Shown piece after piece: positions 16,629 to 27,234 of a DNA stretch of 28,957 nucleotides (within the stretch, counting starts at the first letter, position 1; each line of letters starts with the position of its first letter). The translations under genes were made by a program, and so were the position numbers. This DNA comes from a virus (taxonomy: Duplodnaviria; Caudoviricetes): positions 1 through 28,957 of the IMG/VR virus record IMGVR_UViG_3300043543_000061. One strand, written 5' to 3'. Under the pieces are notes generated by a model. It saw nothing but the letters and a program-made list of their open reading frames with translations, was not told the DNA's origin and did no database searches.

Positions 16629-17171
16629 ATGCTGAATAGAAAAGCGACTTTTTCGGGTGATCTAGCTTACATTCCAGATTGCGAAATTGTTATCCCCGGA
16701 GCCGGGTCGCCGATTAGAATGCGCTCTCTGCCAGACATCAGCGATAGTAAGTTGGCTGTGTATAACAGTGAAGGTATTATTGGTCGATCCTTTCCGTTAT
16801 ACACGTATTCACACTCGGCTGACAGGTCATTAAACATTCAAATTCATTTTTTCATCATCAATCAGGGTGATGGCGAGAGAAACTTAGCAGACTTAAGAAA
16901 AATTCAGAGTGCTCTGTATCCCAGACCGGGTGGTGACTTAGGTGTGCCTTATAAGCCACCACCGATTTGCACAATTAAATGCGGCAAATTGCTTGCCCAG
17001 ACACCAGTTTGTGCGATGTTACAGTCTTATAGTGTTAAGTTCCCAACCGAAGTGGCTTGGGACGAGGAAACTTACTGCCCATATCGTTTTGACGTGGATA
17101 CGAATTGGCTCGTGGTTTACACATCGAGCACTTTACCGTTCCAAGAGCAAATCATAACAGCGGGATACTAA
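16629..17171 (+). CDS. Tail tube initiator / baseplate-tube junction protein (gp48/gp54-like, CIS tube-like)
   Basis: ATG 16629 follows AGGAGG. Motifs IIGRSFPLYTYSHSADRSLNIQIHF and YKPPPICTIKCG. Position right after the tape measure gene. Confidence 0.65.
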   Translation: MLNRKATFSGDLAYIPDCEIVIPGAGSPIRMRSLPDISDSKLAVYNSEGIIGRSFPLYTYSHSADRSLNIQIHFFIINQGDGERNLADLRKIQSALYPRPGGDLGVPYKPPPICTIKCGKLLAQTPVCAMLQSYSVKFPTEVAWDEETYCPYRFDVDTNWLVVYTSSTLPFQEQIITAGY

Positions 17172-17172
17172 T

Positions 17173-17496
17173 ATGACACAACCAATTACACCAGCCAACA
17201 TTCAGCCAGCTAAACTAGTGGCACCCGGAAGCCGCTATCTCACCCAAGAGGTAATCTATTACGGTGAAAGGAAGTTTCTTACCTTCGCAACATACATTCG
17301 CAAGCCTTATAAAAGAAATGGCTCCGAGCGTGTGATGTTGATCACGAAGGGCGTTGAATACAGGCCAGATTTAGTTTCATTTCAAGTGTTTGGTTATCCC
17401 GACAACTGGTGGAGAATCCTCGAAGCCAATGGGATGAAAGATATTTACGAATTTAAGGTTGGGAAGACCATTATCATCCCTAACCAAGTATTTTAA
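17173..17496 (+). CDS. Baseplate wedge LysM-like protein (T4 gp53 / P2 gpX-like)
   Basis: YRPDLVSFQVFGYPDNWWRILEANG...GKTIIIP motif. Confidence 0.8.
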   Translation: MTQPITPANIQPAKLVAPGSRYLTQEVIYYGERKFLTFATYIRKPYKRNGSERVMLITKGVEYRPDLVSFQVFGYPDNWWRILEANGMKDIYEFKVGKTIIIPNQVF

Positions 17497-17498
17497 GG

Positions 17499-19190
17499 GT
17501 GAGTGATATGTCAATAGGATTGGGTTTAGGTTTAGGAATAGGCACGGCGATCAAGCAAGCAATTACCATCGTGCAGTGTACAAAGTCAGAAAGGGCTCCG
17601 GGTGAAACAGTTCCGTTCACTAGTGGTTGTCTAGAGCGTTATATCACAACTTCAGGTGGATGTGCTCTTAAATTGCCAGAAGAGGGACACTCGCTAGGTC
17701 CGTGGGTCCAGATCGAGTTTGAAGGTTCTGGATCGGTGATCACTGTTAGCAATCAATCATCACCGACAACGGACCCGAAACACGTCGCCGTCATCAAAAG
17801 CTTTGAATTTGGTTACTCGGACGGTTTTACAGTACGTGCGGTGATCCATGATCAACAAGGCGGCTCTTTTGTGAAGTTCATGGAAAATCTTATGAAAGAC
17901 TGGATTTGCTTGAAGAGGGGTGCACCAGCCAACGTGAGAATGAGATTCCAGTTCGGGTGGTCCAAATCCGGTTGCCCAGACCCAATTCCAGCAGCAAAAT
18001 CAATTTGCTATTACGCTCTCTGTGATTCAGTTGAAACAAATTTCAGCGAAGGCAAAATTGCTTTCGAAATAAGCGGCAAGGATATTGTCAGCCGTATGTT
18101 CGAAGGTGGCAGTCAAAAGGTTTATGGCGGCAACGGCGATCAAGCCATTCATTTGCTTGACGCTGTTGAACAATTCATGAAGCAAGGTCCGCCCCCTAAC
18201 GTCGCAAACATCAAATTCTGTCGGGTGGAAAGCAACGGCAAAATAGTTTGCGCCCCAAATGTTGACATGTTTGTAGCCAATACAGCAGAGGAGAAAAAAA
18301 AGGGCAAAAAAGGCAAATACATTGCAGCCGGTGAAGATAAGTTGTCGGCTGTAAGGCGGTGGCTGCTTGATAACCCGGCCATTTCCCCTGCTGGTAGTGG
18401 TGGCAACGGTGGTGCACAAAATCGTATTACACAGTGGATTCCACAATATAACAGCCAAGTTCCGGGCGGCGAGATAATCTTTTGGGCGGACAAAAGACCA
18501 CCTTGCGAAGATCAAAATGACTCTTATTGGAACGAGAACTGCATAGGCGCTTATATTGTCAATGGTAGTAAGTCGAGTCCTGTAATTGAGTTTAACCCCA
18601 AGATTAGGTGGGACTTTTCACGTCTTAGTGGCACTGGTGGTAACATGGGTGATATGCGTGCTAACGCAATGAATACGGAAGGTTCGCAAAATTTAGGTCG
18701 TCCATGCTTAGGACGGAACGAGGCTCCCGGTGCTGGTCATACGAATCAGACTCCGGGTAGCGAAACCTCCCGTGAACACAGTGGTCCAAATCAGACATCT
18801 GACAGAAGGGATGCACAGAATGAGGAATTGAGAACTCTTAAGATTCTTGCCGATCCCATTGAGGCTGACCTTACTATTGTAGGCGACCCGACGATATGCC
18901 CTCCTTCAGAAGCATTGTGGGTTAAGAACGTGGCTATTGTGGTGGTAAACCCATTCCATATTATGCAGAATCAGGGTAGCGGAGCTTGCGGTGAATGGAT
19001 ATCGAGGCCAGCCTGCAACGAGGTTCTTAGTAATAAAGCTTGGTTGGTTAAGTCTATATGCCATCGTATCGAAGCTGGCAACTACACAACCACCATCGGC
19101 GTAATGTTAACCACGCCGGGCGTTGACACCCCGCCTACAACTAAGCTTGGTGCGTGGACTGGTGGTTGGAAGCCTCCAACTTGTAGTTAG
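17499..19190 (+). CDS. Baseplate hub protein (gp27 / P2 gpD-like), Cys-rich
   Basis: MRFQFGWS, IEADLTIVGDP and WLVKSICHRIEAGNYTTTI motifs. Lies between the LysM and spike genes. Confidence 0.7.
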   Translation: MSDMSIGLGLGLGIGTAIKQAITIVQCTKSERAPGETVPFTSGCLERYITTSGGCALKLPEEGHSLGPWVQIEFEGSGSVITVSNQSSPTTDPKHVAVIKSFEFGYSDGFTVRAVIHDQQGGSFVKFMENLMKDWICLKRGAPANVRMRFQFGWSKSGCPDPIPAAKSICYYALCDSVETNFSEGKIAFEISGKDIVSRMFEGGSQKVYGGNGDQAIHLLDAVEQFMKQGPPPNVANIKFCRVESNGKIVCAPNVDMFVANTAEEKKKGKKGKYIAAGEDKLSAVRRWLLDNPAISPAGSGGNGGAQNRITQWIPQYNSQVPGGEIIFWADKRPPCEDQNDSYWNENCIGAYIVNGSKSSPVIEFNPKIRWDFSRLSGTGGNMGDMRANAMNTEGSQNLGRPCLGRNEAPGAGHTNQTPGSETSREHSGPNQTSDRRDAQNEELRTLKILADPIEADLTIVGDPTICPPSEALWVKNVAIVVVNPFHIMQNQGSGACGEWISRPACNEVLSNKAWLVKSICHRIEAGNYTTTIGVMLTTPGVDTPPTTKLGAWTGGWKPPTCS

Positions 19191-19213
19191 TGAGAGTTTG
19201 ACATGGAGCGAAT

Positions 19214-21583
19214 ATGAATCACGAAAGATTGCCCACAGCAAACATGGATTCGCTTAACCAAGAGAAGTTTCTAGCCTCTTTGGTTGAACGCATCAACGAA
19301 CTTGAGAAGACTGTTAATGCCATTGGCTACGATGCCAAAGCTTCTAAGAGACGACGTTTTCCAACTAAGAAGCAAGAGTCGGTTCTGCGTGGCATTACAA
19401 GGGCCATGTGCGTAGAAACTATCGACCCGTGGAAGGAGAATCGTGTGCGATTTTTCCACCCGATGCTCCACGAACCGGGAGTGCCTTTGCACAGTTTGCC
19501 GTTCGCCAACCCTGTCTCGTCAATGGGTGGTTTTGATGACTGCGGCTTGAATTGGGTTCCGCCAGCAGGTTCCACGCTACTGCTGTTCTTCGAGGGCGGT
19601 TCAAGAGACGCCCCGTTTTACATTGGTACAACTTGGCACCGTGACCGTGGCCCCGGTGGTCGTCAGCTCACTGAAGTTTATCCCAACATCCGTGAGTGGC
19701 AATCGGTATATTCTGGCCACCGAAAGGGATATCTGGTAGGGCCAGACGATGAGTCTCAGGTATTTCCACCTTGGAACACAGAGAATTATAACGCCAGCGA
19801 TATTGATAACATCGAGAAGTTTGCCAAAGACCCACTTGAACAGAAGCGGGCCACATATCCACACATCTACGGTTTTAAGACACCCGAAAAGCACATGCTT
19901 AAGATGGTGGATGGTAACGCTAAGTGCAATCGTCGCTGGAAGCGTATTGAAATTTTGTCTGGGTGTGGTAACTGGATGATTTTCAAGGATGACCACTTGC
20001 ATTACGGTGGCCAGTGGTCTCACCCCAATTGTCCTCCCCATCCTGGCGGTCAGGAATTGGACGTATGCTCGACTCACAAAGACCCGTTGCCTTATTACAC
20101 GGATATCCACGGCAAACCGATAGAAGGGAAAGCACTTTGCGAACCTCAATGCGAAGGCGCACTACCAGCTCAGTGCTCGAAGATTCTGGGTGGTCACACT
20201 CCGACACCTTGCGATCCACAAACTAAGTATTGTGGATCGCAAATAGGCACGAACCCGTTCTTCAAGCACAGAAACGAGTGTCGCCCCTATCGTGGACCGG
20301 GCACGCCTCAGAATAACCGCTGCGACTTGCCGCAGACTGGTATTCAGTTCCTCTCGATTGGTGGCCACACATGGGTCATGGACGACTCTGTTGAAGAACC
20401 CCGTGGTAAACCAGAGTGGGAGCGGTCTATGCAGCCGTTTGATTTTGGTTGCAACGACAAGTGCTTAGGTCGCATGTATATCAAGTCGATGACTGGTCAC
20501 TCCATGATGTTCAGCGACGTGGAGGAACTTACCTGTTTGCGTGGTAAGGAAAACTTTATTCGCATCAAATCAGCCTCGGGCAACCGGATTGAACTGAACG
20601 ATCACACAGTTGGCGAGAAAGGTTGCGGCATTTCTTGTCCACCACGATATGCTGGGCAAGAACGTGGTATTCATCTCCAAAGCACAAGCAACCATGTGAT
20701 CAAGATGATTGATCACATGAACAAGCAGTGCAGCCCGACACGGAAGGAGGGTGGAATACCAAGCCCAGATGCCACGGAAGCATTCATTCAAATCAGATCG
20801 GGTTACGGCCTTGAGATGATGTATAACGATGCCAACCACCAGAGAATCACTCAGCGGCAATGGATTCAGATCACGCACCCACAGTGCGTTGATCCGCAAA
20901 CCGACAGCAAGTGTAACTCCTGCGACTCGAAGGAATGCCGTGGGCCTCACTTCTTGAGATTCCAAGGCAGGCCAAAAGGACGACCAGGTATTGTCTTCTT
21001 ACGTGCTGGTGGTCATAGCATTAGACAGACTTACGATTTCGACATCGTTATTGTTGGCGATAAGGAAAAGAACCCGTCTGATAAGTTTACTTATGTGTCT
21101 AGAAAACACATCCGAGCCACGGAAGACATTGATTTCCGGTACTCAGGACAACTACATATATTATTCGCCGAGAAGCAGATTCTTCTCATGGCTGGGCGTG
21201 ACTGCCCACCGCCTCCGGGCAAGAAATGCAAGGGGCCGTGCTTGTATAACGTCATCGTGGCACGTTGCCCTGTATTCTGTCCACTCACCGGCATTCTTCA
21301 CTGGACCGAGAAAGCCATGAGCGAAAGAGTATTCGCTTCGGCTTACCACCCGTGCCAAGTGCCGTGCGGTGGTGGGTGTGAAGAATACGAACAACGGATG
21401 GCTGCGGCTCAGAACCAGCCATGTAAGGAAGAGGAAGAGGAAATTGATATTGATGCTGATTTCAGCAAGGATTTCAAGGACGTTAAGGTTCAGACCCAGC
21501 CTGGTAGCACTAAGGTTGATCCAAACACAGGCTCAATGATTGGGCAACAGAATCCGCCCGGCAATACACCACCAAAGATTTGA
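19214..21583 (+). CDS. Baseplate central spike (gp5/VgrG OB-fold plus beta-helix repeats), Cys-rich
   Basis: IDPWKENRVRF...WVPPAGSTLLLFFEGGSRDAPFYIG OB-fold motif. Repeats SIGGHTWVMDD, SMTGHSMMFSD, SASGNRIELND and STSNHVIKMID. Confidence 0.85.
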   Translation: MNHERLPTANMDSLNQEKFLASLVERINELEKTVNAIGYDAKASKRRRFPTKKQESVLRGITRAMCVETIDPWKENRVRFFHPMLHEPGVPLHSLPFANPVSSMGGFDDCGLNWVPPAGSTLLLFFEGGSRDAPFYIGTTWHRDRGPGGRQLTEVYPNIREWQSVYSGHRKGYLVGPDDESQVFPPWNTENYNASDIDNIEKFAKDPLEQKRATYPHIYGFKTPEKHMLKMVDGNAKCNRRWKRIEILSGCGNWMIFKDDHLHYGGQWSHPNCPPHPGGQELDVCSTHKDPLPYYTDIHGKPIEGKALCEPQCEGALPAQCSKILGGHTPTPCDPQTKYCGSQIGTNPFFKHRNECRPYRGPGTPQNNRCDLPQTGIQFLSIGGHTWVMDDSVEEPRGKPEWERSMQPFDFGCNDKCLGRMYIKSMTGHSMMFSDVEELTCLRGKENFIRIKSASGNRIELNDHTVGEKGCGISCPPRYAGQERGIHLQSTSNHVIKMIDHMNKQCSPTRKEGGIPSPDATEAFIQIRSGYGLEMMYNDANHQRITQRQWIQITHPQCVDPQTDSKCNSCDSKECRGPHFLRFQGRPKGRPGIVFLRAGGHSIRQTYDFDIVIVGDKEKNPSDKFTYVSRKHIRATEDIDFRYSGQLHILFAEKQILLMAGRDCPPPPGKKCKGPCLYNVIVARCPVFCPLTGILHWTEKAMSERVFASAYHPCQVPCGGGCEEYEQRMAAAQNQPCKEEEEEIDIDADFSKDFKDVKVQTQPGSTKVDPNTGSMIGQQNPPGNTPPKI

Positions 21584-21600
21584 TCTAGCAGGGAGAATGA

Positions 21601-22026
21601 ATGGCAACTAAGAAATTTTTGGGGTTACAATATCCTTTCGTTAAGACGCCAAGAGGCATCTTGGCGCAGAAGAGTGGCGTAGACCAAATCAAAGCTGATC
21701 TCCTTCAATTGCTATTAACCAATCCAGGAGAAAGGGTGATGTTGCCGGCTTATGGTACGCCGTTAAGAAAATTGATGTTCGAACCTAACGATCCAAGCCT
21801 TGAAATTATGGCCAGACAAATGATCGTTGATGCTATCTTAATGTGGGAGCCAAGAATCGTCGTAACTGACATTCAGGTTTCAAGTAGGATTGATCGGGAA
21901 GACCTTCACAGCCAAGACACAAGTGATGAACAGGAGGCCATCCTGAGCATCAAAATTAAGTTCGTTGACCCAGAGAACATCTCAGAAGTTGAGGAGTTGG
22001 CACTAGAGAAACCTATTGGGGTATAA
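21601..22026 (+). CDS. Baseplate wedge / sheath initiator, gp25-like
   Basis: IKADLLQLLLTNPGERVMLPAYGTPLRKLMFEP...WEPRI. Confidence 0.93.
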   Translation: MATKKFLGLQYPFVKTPRGILAQKSGVDQIKADLLQLLLTNPGERVMLPAYGTPLRKLMFEPNDPSLEIMARQMIVDAILMWEPRIVVTDIQVSSRIDREDLHSQDTSDEQEAILSIKIKFVDPENISEVEELALEKPIGV

Positions 22027-22029
22027 GTC

Positions 22030-23586
22030 ATGGCATTGTCAAACTGTCCGTTTGAAGTGACGCCTTATGATAAATCAAACATCATTAAGACGCCACAATT
22101 AGTTAATCTAAATTATACGAACCAAGATTTCTGGTCAATGAAGTCTAGGTTGATCGACTTCATCAAGGAGAGGTTTGCCGACAGCTTCAATGATTTCGTA
22201 GAATCTGATCTTGCGATCATGCTTATTGAGAATTGGGCATTCATCGCAGACACCCTGTCTTTTAAGATCGACCAAATTGCAAACGAAATTTTCATCGACA
22301 GTGTAAGTGAGGTAGATAACGCTTTCCGTTTGGCCCTGTTGGTTGGTTTCCATCCACAGCCACCAATCGCAGCACGTTCTATGTGGTCAGCCACGATCAA
22401 CAACCTTCTAGAAACAGACTTGTTCATTAGTACCCCTGTATCTATCCCGATCTCTACAGACGAAGGGCCTAAGACCATTGAACTGTTTGCAGCTGATCGT
22501 TTTGGCCAACCAATTTTCGGCGAAGATATTGTAATCTCAAAGGGAACCTTCTTAAACACGAGCATCGTGGGTCTGGAAGGCACTACCATCGAGCAATTTG
22601 CCACGGGTAGTGGGGAAATTAACCAAGTTATTGAATTGGGCTCTTACCCTGTTATCTGGAAATCAATTCAAGTGAAGGTGGATGGCAGCGATTGGACACA
22701 CGTTGATTTCTTCACTGACTCCCAGCCACGCAAGGAGTTCCGTGTCGAATATGACCCAAATTATCGGGCATTTGTGATCTTCGGTAACAACCGTGCTGGA
22801 ATGATTCCATCGCCTGGCTCCGAAATCATCGTTAAGTATCGTCAGGGCGGTGGCGTTGCTGGAAACATTGTGACAGGTGTTATCGACTATCAAAAGAACT
22901 ACATTGTGCCCGGATTCAACTTTAGAATCCCTGTTAATTTCAGGAACTATACCAAGGGCGAGTTTGGGTACTCTGGTGACACGATTGATGACATCAAAAG
23001 GAAGTTGCCACAATGGATTAGAACTCAAAACCGTATTGTGTCTGGTGACGATATTGAGATATTTGCCAACCAATTCGCTACTGAGTTCAACGGCCAGATC
23101 GGGAAAGCCAAGGCAGTTTTAAGGAATCATGGTTGTGCAGCAAATGTGATTGATCTCTATATACTCACCCGTGATGGGCAGGACGGACTTATTGAATCAG
23201 AAAACGGCCTTAAGGTTGAGCTAATGGAGGCACTGGAAACCAAGAAGATGCTCACGGACAAAATCTGTATCAAAAACGGCGTGGTTGTCGAGTGCGATGT
23301 AAATATCGACATAACGATGGATAAGTTCTATCGCAAGTTTGAGGAAGAGTTTAGGGAAAAAGTGCTAAGACGTGTTAAGGGATTTTTCTCCTTGAATCAT
23401 TGGGATTATGGCAAGACATTGAAAGCAATTGATTTGGTTAAGGCGATGTCTGACATCCCAGAAATTACGTCAATGGAAATTAACTTTCAGACGGATAGCG
23501 AGGATAATTCTGGTGAAATAGTGACGACTAGGTTCTACGAGATCATTAGGCCCGGAGCTATCGACATTAACTTTGTGTATGAATAA
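22030..23586 (+). CDS. Baseplate wedge subunit, gp6 / baseplate J-like
   Basis: NYTNQDFWSMKSRLIDF, FGNNRAGMIP, YRQGGGVAGN and QNRIVSGDD motifs. Confidence 0.9.
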   Translation: MALSNCPFEVTPYDKSNIIKTPQLVNLNYTNQDFWSMKSRLIDFIKERFADSFNDFVESDLAIMLIENWAFIADTLSFKIDQIANEIFIDSVSEVDNAFRLALLVGFHPQPPIAARSMWSATINNLLETDLFISTPVSIPISTDEGPKTIELFAADRFGQPIFGEDIVISKGTFLNTSIVGLEGTTIEQFATGSGEINQVIELGSYPVIWKSIQVKVDGSDWTHVDFFTDSQPRKEFRVEYDPNYRAFVIFGNNRAGMIPSPGSEIIVKYRQGGGVAGNIVTGVIDYQKNYIVPGFNFRIPVNFRNYTKGEFGYSGDTIDDIKRKLPQWIRTQNRIVSGDDIEIFANQFATEFNGQIGKAKAVLRNHGCAANVIDLYILTRDGQDGLIESENGLKVELMEALETKKMLTDKICIKNGVVVECDVNIDITMDKFYRKFEEEFREKVLRRVKGFFSLNHWDYGKTLKAIDLVKAMSDIPEITSMEINFQTDSEDNSGEIVTTRFYEIIRPGAIDINFVYE

Positions 23587-23588
23587 AC

Positions 23589-26500
23589 ATGGCACTCAAG
23601 AAGACCAATGAAAACCCACGGATTACGGATACGATCTTAATTGAGATCGAGACTCCCGATGTAAACGGATGCCTTACAGGTAATCCATACAAGGTAGATC
23701 GTCTTGTCATTTACTACGTAGAACGTGACTTCTTAGGCTCTAACTTCGGTGAATACACAACTTACAAGCCAGATGAGAAGCTTCAAAAAAAGCTCATGGA
23801 CGCACATAAAGCTTTTTGTGCCGATCCGACAGAAGAAAATTTCGTTAAAGTAGAACACCTTAGACAAGAGATCGAATCAAAGGCACAAAAGAATACATTC
23901 TATTACAAAGATCGTATTGCAGTCCATGTAGTCGGGTCGGAGGGATTTCCAGCATGGTTATCTACCGACACAGAAAACTCCTATCTAAAGCTTGAAACTA
24001 CTGACGCTGATGGCAATCCACAGGTAGGCAAGTTTAGTTATGAGTGGCGCCCAAACGGCAGCATTCGTGAGGGTGACTATTTTGCTTGCTGGACTTGGAC
24101 TCCACTACCTGCTGGCGACAAGTTGTCTGCGCACATTCAATTCTCGGTCAACGGCGATCCAGCCGCAGTTACGTCTTTGCCAGCACACCGAACACCAGAG
24201 GAAAAATATCAAACTCTGTTAGACCGTTACCTACCTGAGATGTACAAGACGACACTCGTGGACAACGACCTAACACCCACAACACTAGCAAAACTTAACA
24301 CTGCTGTCGGTGACGGGTTTACGTTCATCGAGGACATGGCAAATCAGATCATCGACTTGTTCGATGCCAACGTATTGCACGAGTCGTTACTGGTGTATTT
24401 GTCAAATCTTTTCAACATAAAACTCAAGTCGAGCGATCCGACTTTGTGGCGGCGCCAGATCAAGCAGGCCATCCCTTTGTTCAAAAAGAAGGGTACGCTA
24501 GACGCCCTGAAAGAAGCGTTTGCTCAATCTGGGATGGTGCTCCATAAATTCACACAGTATTGGCAATTAACTTCGCCATACACGTCTGAAGAGTCATTTA
24601 GAGTGAAGAAAAGCCATACGTTCATATTGGGCAAAAACAACATTGTAACCCCTATAGACGACAACAATTTCGGTCTCTGGATCAAACGAGCAGGGACCAC
24701 AAGTTACATCAAACTGACCAAAGACTACGTTGAGTTCGAGACGGCTGAAGACGGCACAGTACGAATGACGTGGATTGGGGACGAACTATCTGCCAGTCCC
24801 GTTCAATTACACGAGGGCGATAGGATCAAGGTGCTTTATCAATACAAGTCGATCCCGAACAACAACGAACAGCAACTTGAGAACTACATCAGAGCATTGC
24901 CGCTGGCTGACCAGCGTGACGAAGATGCACAGGAGTATCCTCTTAAGAACTGGAATGTAAGGCTGATTGCTGAGGAAGACCCGCTCTTCGATGTTTTGGT
25001 TCCTGTAAGACACCCTTTCCAAGACCCGTTGATTTTCGGCTGGGTTAGAACAGAGTTCGCTTACTCAGAAAACATTTACAACATGGAAGAATACAACGGT
25101 TCAACGAGACCGTCGTTTGACCCGTGTTACATCGACAAAGAGTTCTTAGACCCTTGCCGAGCTTGTTTGAGCAGTCTGTATACGGTTGATATAGGCATTG
25201 AAGATTTGTCAAATGACAGAATCTTAGAGGCTCAGGATATACTGAATGAGTACACACCATTTCACGCTCAGGTTCACTCTATTAACTTCGCAGGTGAGAC
25301 GAACGAATTCGTTCAACCACCGGTGGAAACCATAGAGTCGCTAATCACATTTGATAAGTTGCAACATGTGCTATCTGGCAACTCGAATCCAATCTTCCAC
25401 CGGTTTATCGAGGGCGGATTGGAGAATTGGGTAGTTACTAGAAAGGACTTAACCAATCAGCTAACCGTACTATCTGGAAAGATTGGTATTGCCTACAGTG
25501 ACCATATTGCACTAATTGCGCCAGATATTCTGTTGGACAGTCTGGGTATGAGTCCTGACAGCCACATTCTTGAAGTATTGGCCCCGTCAGTGAACGCTGG
25601 AACATACTATATCGCCGACCCAAAGAACAATACAGCTAGGGTGGCTTCTACCGTATCGGAGACGCCATCGCTCGATCAAAGTGCTTTTACGTTCAATTTA
25701 TCGAACATCCTTTACGGAACATCTAATACAACAATCACTCAAGATAATCTCTATGAGTTGTCTGATGAAAAAGTGGATTTTGCCGAAATTGGTGTAAAAA
25801 CCTTGTGGGACGTTGAGCACACCCCAGATTATGCTGGTGGTGCGTGGAAGGTGTTGATTCCAGCTTATTCGGCCACACCTTATGAAATTAAGGACATCAG
25901 GAATGGTGTATTGGTGCTTAAGGGCGACAATGCTCTGCCAACTTCAAACACAAGCGACATAAGTTATACCCTAAAGAACGACTCGAACCAAAACATTGCC
26001 ACTAGCGATTCTGGCTATCTTAAGGTGGAGTTAAGAGGTTACGTTAATCTGAATGATGGCAATATCCTCGATCTTAGAGACTTTGCCGACGTAGGGGATT
26101 ACTTGTTTTATGATGGAACCGAATATCTAATTGTAGAACTTGACGGAAACAACTTTTGGATCAGGGGGTATACGGACGGCGATGCTGCTGGTGTAAGCAC
26201 CCACACGAGAAGAAGATTGGCCGATAAGCAGATCGGTTATTTCGGCTACAGGGGTCAAAGGATGACAACTTGGACCGATCACGAATCTGAATTTGAGATG
26301 GTAAACGGTCGAAATTCTCCTCCCGAGGACCAAATCAAGGACAACAGCCGCTTTAAGGAAAACTTTTTATTCGAGATCGAGGGTGAGTATTACAAGATCA
26401 TAGACATTGATAAAAAGGAAGTTGTATTAGCTGGCCGTGATCAGAATTGGAAGACCATGAACGCAGGCGGAACTGCTGTGGCTTATAAGTTGGTCCATCT

Positions 26501-26726
26501 ACCCAAAAAACAGGTGAATGTAGGATTTATTGTGTTTGACTATCTTGATCATAACGGGAAAGACCCTGTTATCCGTGAAATCAAGTCTACGGTAGACAAC
26601 AACACCGCAATCATGGCCTTATCGACCACGCCCGGTTCTGGTGTTCAGGAAAACGTATCGCAAGAAGAAGGAATTTCATTCTTCATCGAGAAAAACGATG
26701 GTAAAACTTACGAAGGTGAGATATGA
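23589..26726 (+). CDS. Large baseplate wedge protein (gp7 / P2 gpI-like domain plus beta-rich extensions)
   Basis: LPEMY...IIDLFDANVLHESLLVYLSNLFN...WRRQIKQAIPLFKKKGT motif. Follows gp6. Confidence 0.75.
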   Translation: MALKKTNENPRITDTILIEIETPDVNGCLTGNPYKVDRLVIYYVERDFLGSNFGEYTTYKPDEKLQKKLMDAHKAFCADPTEENFVKVEHLRQEIESKAQKNTFYYKDRIAVHVVGSEGFPAWLSTDTENSYLKLETTDADGNPQVGKFSYEWRPNGSIREGDYFACWTWTPLPAGDKLSAHIQFSVNGDPAAVTSLPAHRTPEEKYQTLLDRYLPEMYKTTLVDNDLTPTTLAKLNTAVGDGFTFIEDMANQIIDLFDANVLHESLLVYLSNLFNIKLKSSDPTLWRRQIKQAIPLFKKKGTLDALKEAFAQSGMVLHKFTQYWQLTSPYTSEESFRVKKSHTFILGKNNIVTPIDDNNFGLWIKRAGTTSYIKLTKDYVEFETAEDGTVRMTWIGDELSASPVQLHEGDRIKVLYQYKSIPNNNEQQLENYIRALPLADQRDEDAQEYPLKNWNVRLIAEEDPLFDVLVPVRHPFQDPLIFGWVRTEFAYSENIYNMEEYNGSTRPSFDPCYIDKEFLDPCRACLSSLYTVDIGIEDLSNDRILEAQDILNEYTPFHAQVHSINFAGETNEFVQPPVETIESLITFDKLQHVLSGNSNPIFHRFIEGGLENWVVTRKDLTNQLTVLSGKIGIAYSDHIALIAPDILLDSLGMSPDSHILEVLAPSVNAGTYYIADPKNNTARVASTVSETPSLDQSAFTFNLSNILYGTSNTTITQDNLYELSDEKVDFAEIGVKTLWDVEHTPDYAGGAWKVLIPAYSATPYEIKDIRNGVLVLKGDNALPTSNTSDISYTLKNDSNQNIATSDSGYLKVELRGYVNLNDGNILDLRDFADVGDYLFYDGTEYLIVELDGNNFWIRGYTDGDAAGVSTHTRRRLADKQIGYFGYRGQRMTTWTDHESEFEMVNGRNSPPEDQIKDNSRFKENFLFEIEGEYYKIIDIDKKEVVLAGRDQNWKTMNAGGTAVAYKLVHLPKKQVNVGFIVFDYLDHNGKDPVIREIKSTVDNNTAIMALSTTPGSGVQENVSQEEGISFFIEKNDGKTYEGEI

Positions 26727-27196
26727 CACATGGACTAATTCGCTCGAAGGGAGACGTAGAAATAATCACAGAATGGCTCGACGGCAGGAAAGAAATCCGA
26801 GAAATTAGGAACACGATCCTGTTAGCGGGGCGACGTGCGCTTGCGTCATGTTTAGCGAACGCCATAGGCGACAGCTTCAAATTCTTTATCACCCGTATGT
26901 TATTCGGCGACGGCGGAACAACAGAAGGTGTTAAGAAGTTTGTGAACGCCAACCGTCAGGGTCTTTTCGGGGTCACTCGACTTTCGAAACCAGTTCTGGC
27001 TAATCTGGATACTTCTGTTCCAGCACAAGTGATTTTTACCTCGGTCATTAAGTTTGACGAGGCTGTTGGCATTACGTTAAACGAAATGGCCCTTCAGATG
27101 GCAAACGGTCAGCTTTATAGCATGACGACGTTCCCAAACTTAAACAAGACAGAGGAAATGCAGATAACTTGGAACTGGCGATTGAACTTCATCTAA
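26723..27196 (+). CDS. Baseplate / tail-collar fibre attachment protein (DUF3751-like)
   Basis: NTILLAGRRALA...FGDGG...LNEMAL...FPNLNKT...ITWNWRLNF pattern. ATGA overlap with the previous gene. Confidence 0.65.
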   Translation: MTHGLIRSKGDVEIITEWLDGRKEIREIRNTILLAGRRALASCLANAIGDSFKFFITRMLFGDGGTTEGVKKFVNANRQGLFGVTRLSKPVLANLDTSVPAQVIFTSVIKFDEAVGITLNEMALQMANGQLYSMTTFPNLNKTEEMQITWNWRLNFI

Positions 27197-27234
27197 TGGC
27201 CTTAAATACCTGTAAATCAACAGGAGAGTGAATA

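Noticed and set aside
9359-27196. Extracellular contractile injection system or tailocin instead of a phage
   Set aside because: The gene order is similar, but the gp2-like DNA end protector, very long tape measure, capsid-targeting-like leaders and accessory genes favour a phage. Head genes lie outside the window, so this is not fully excluded.
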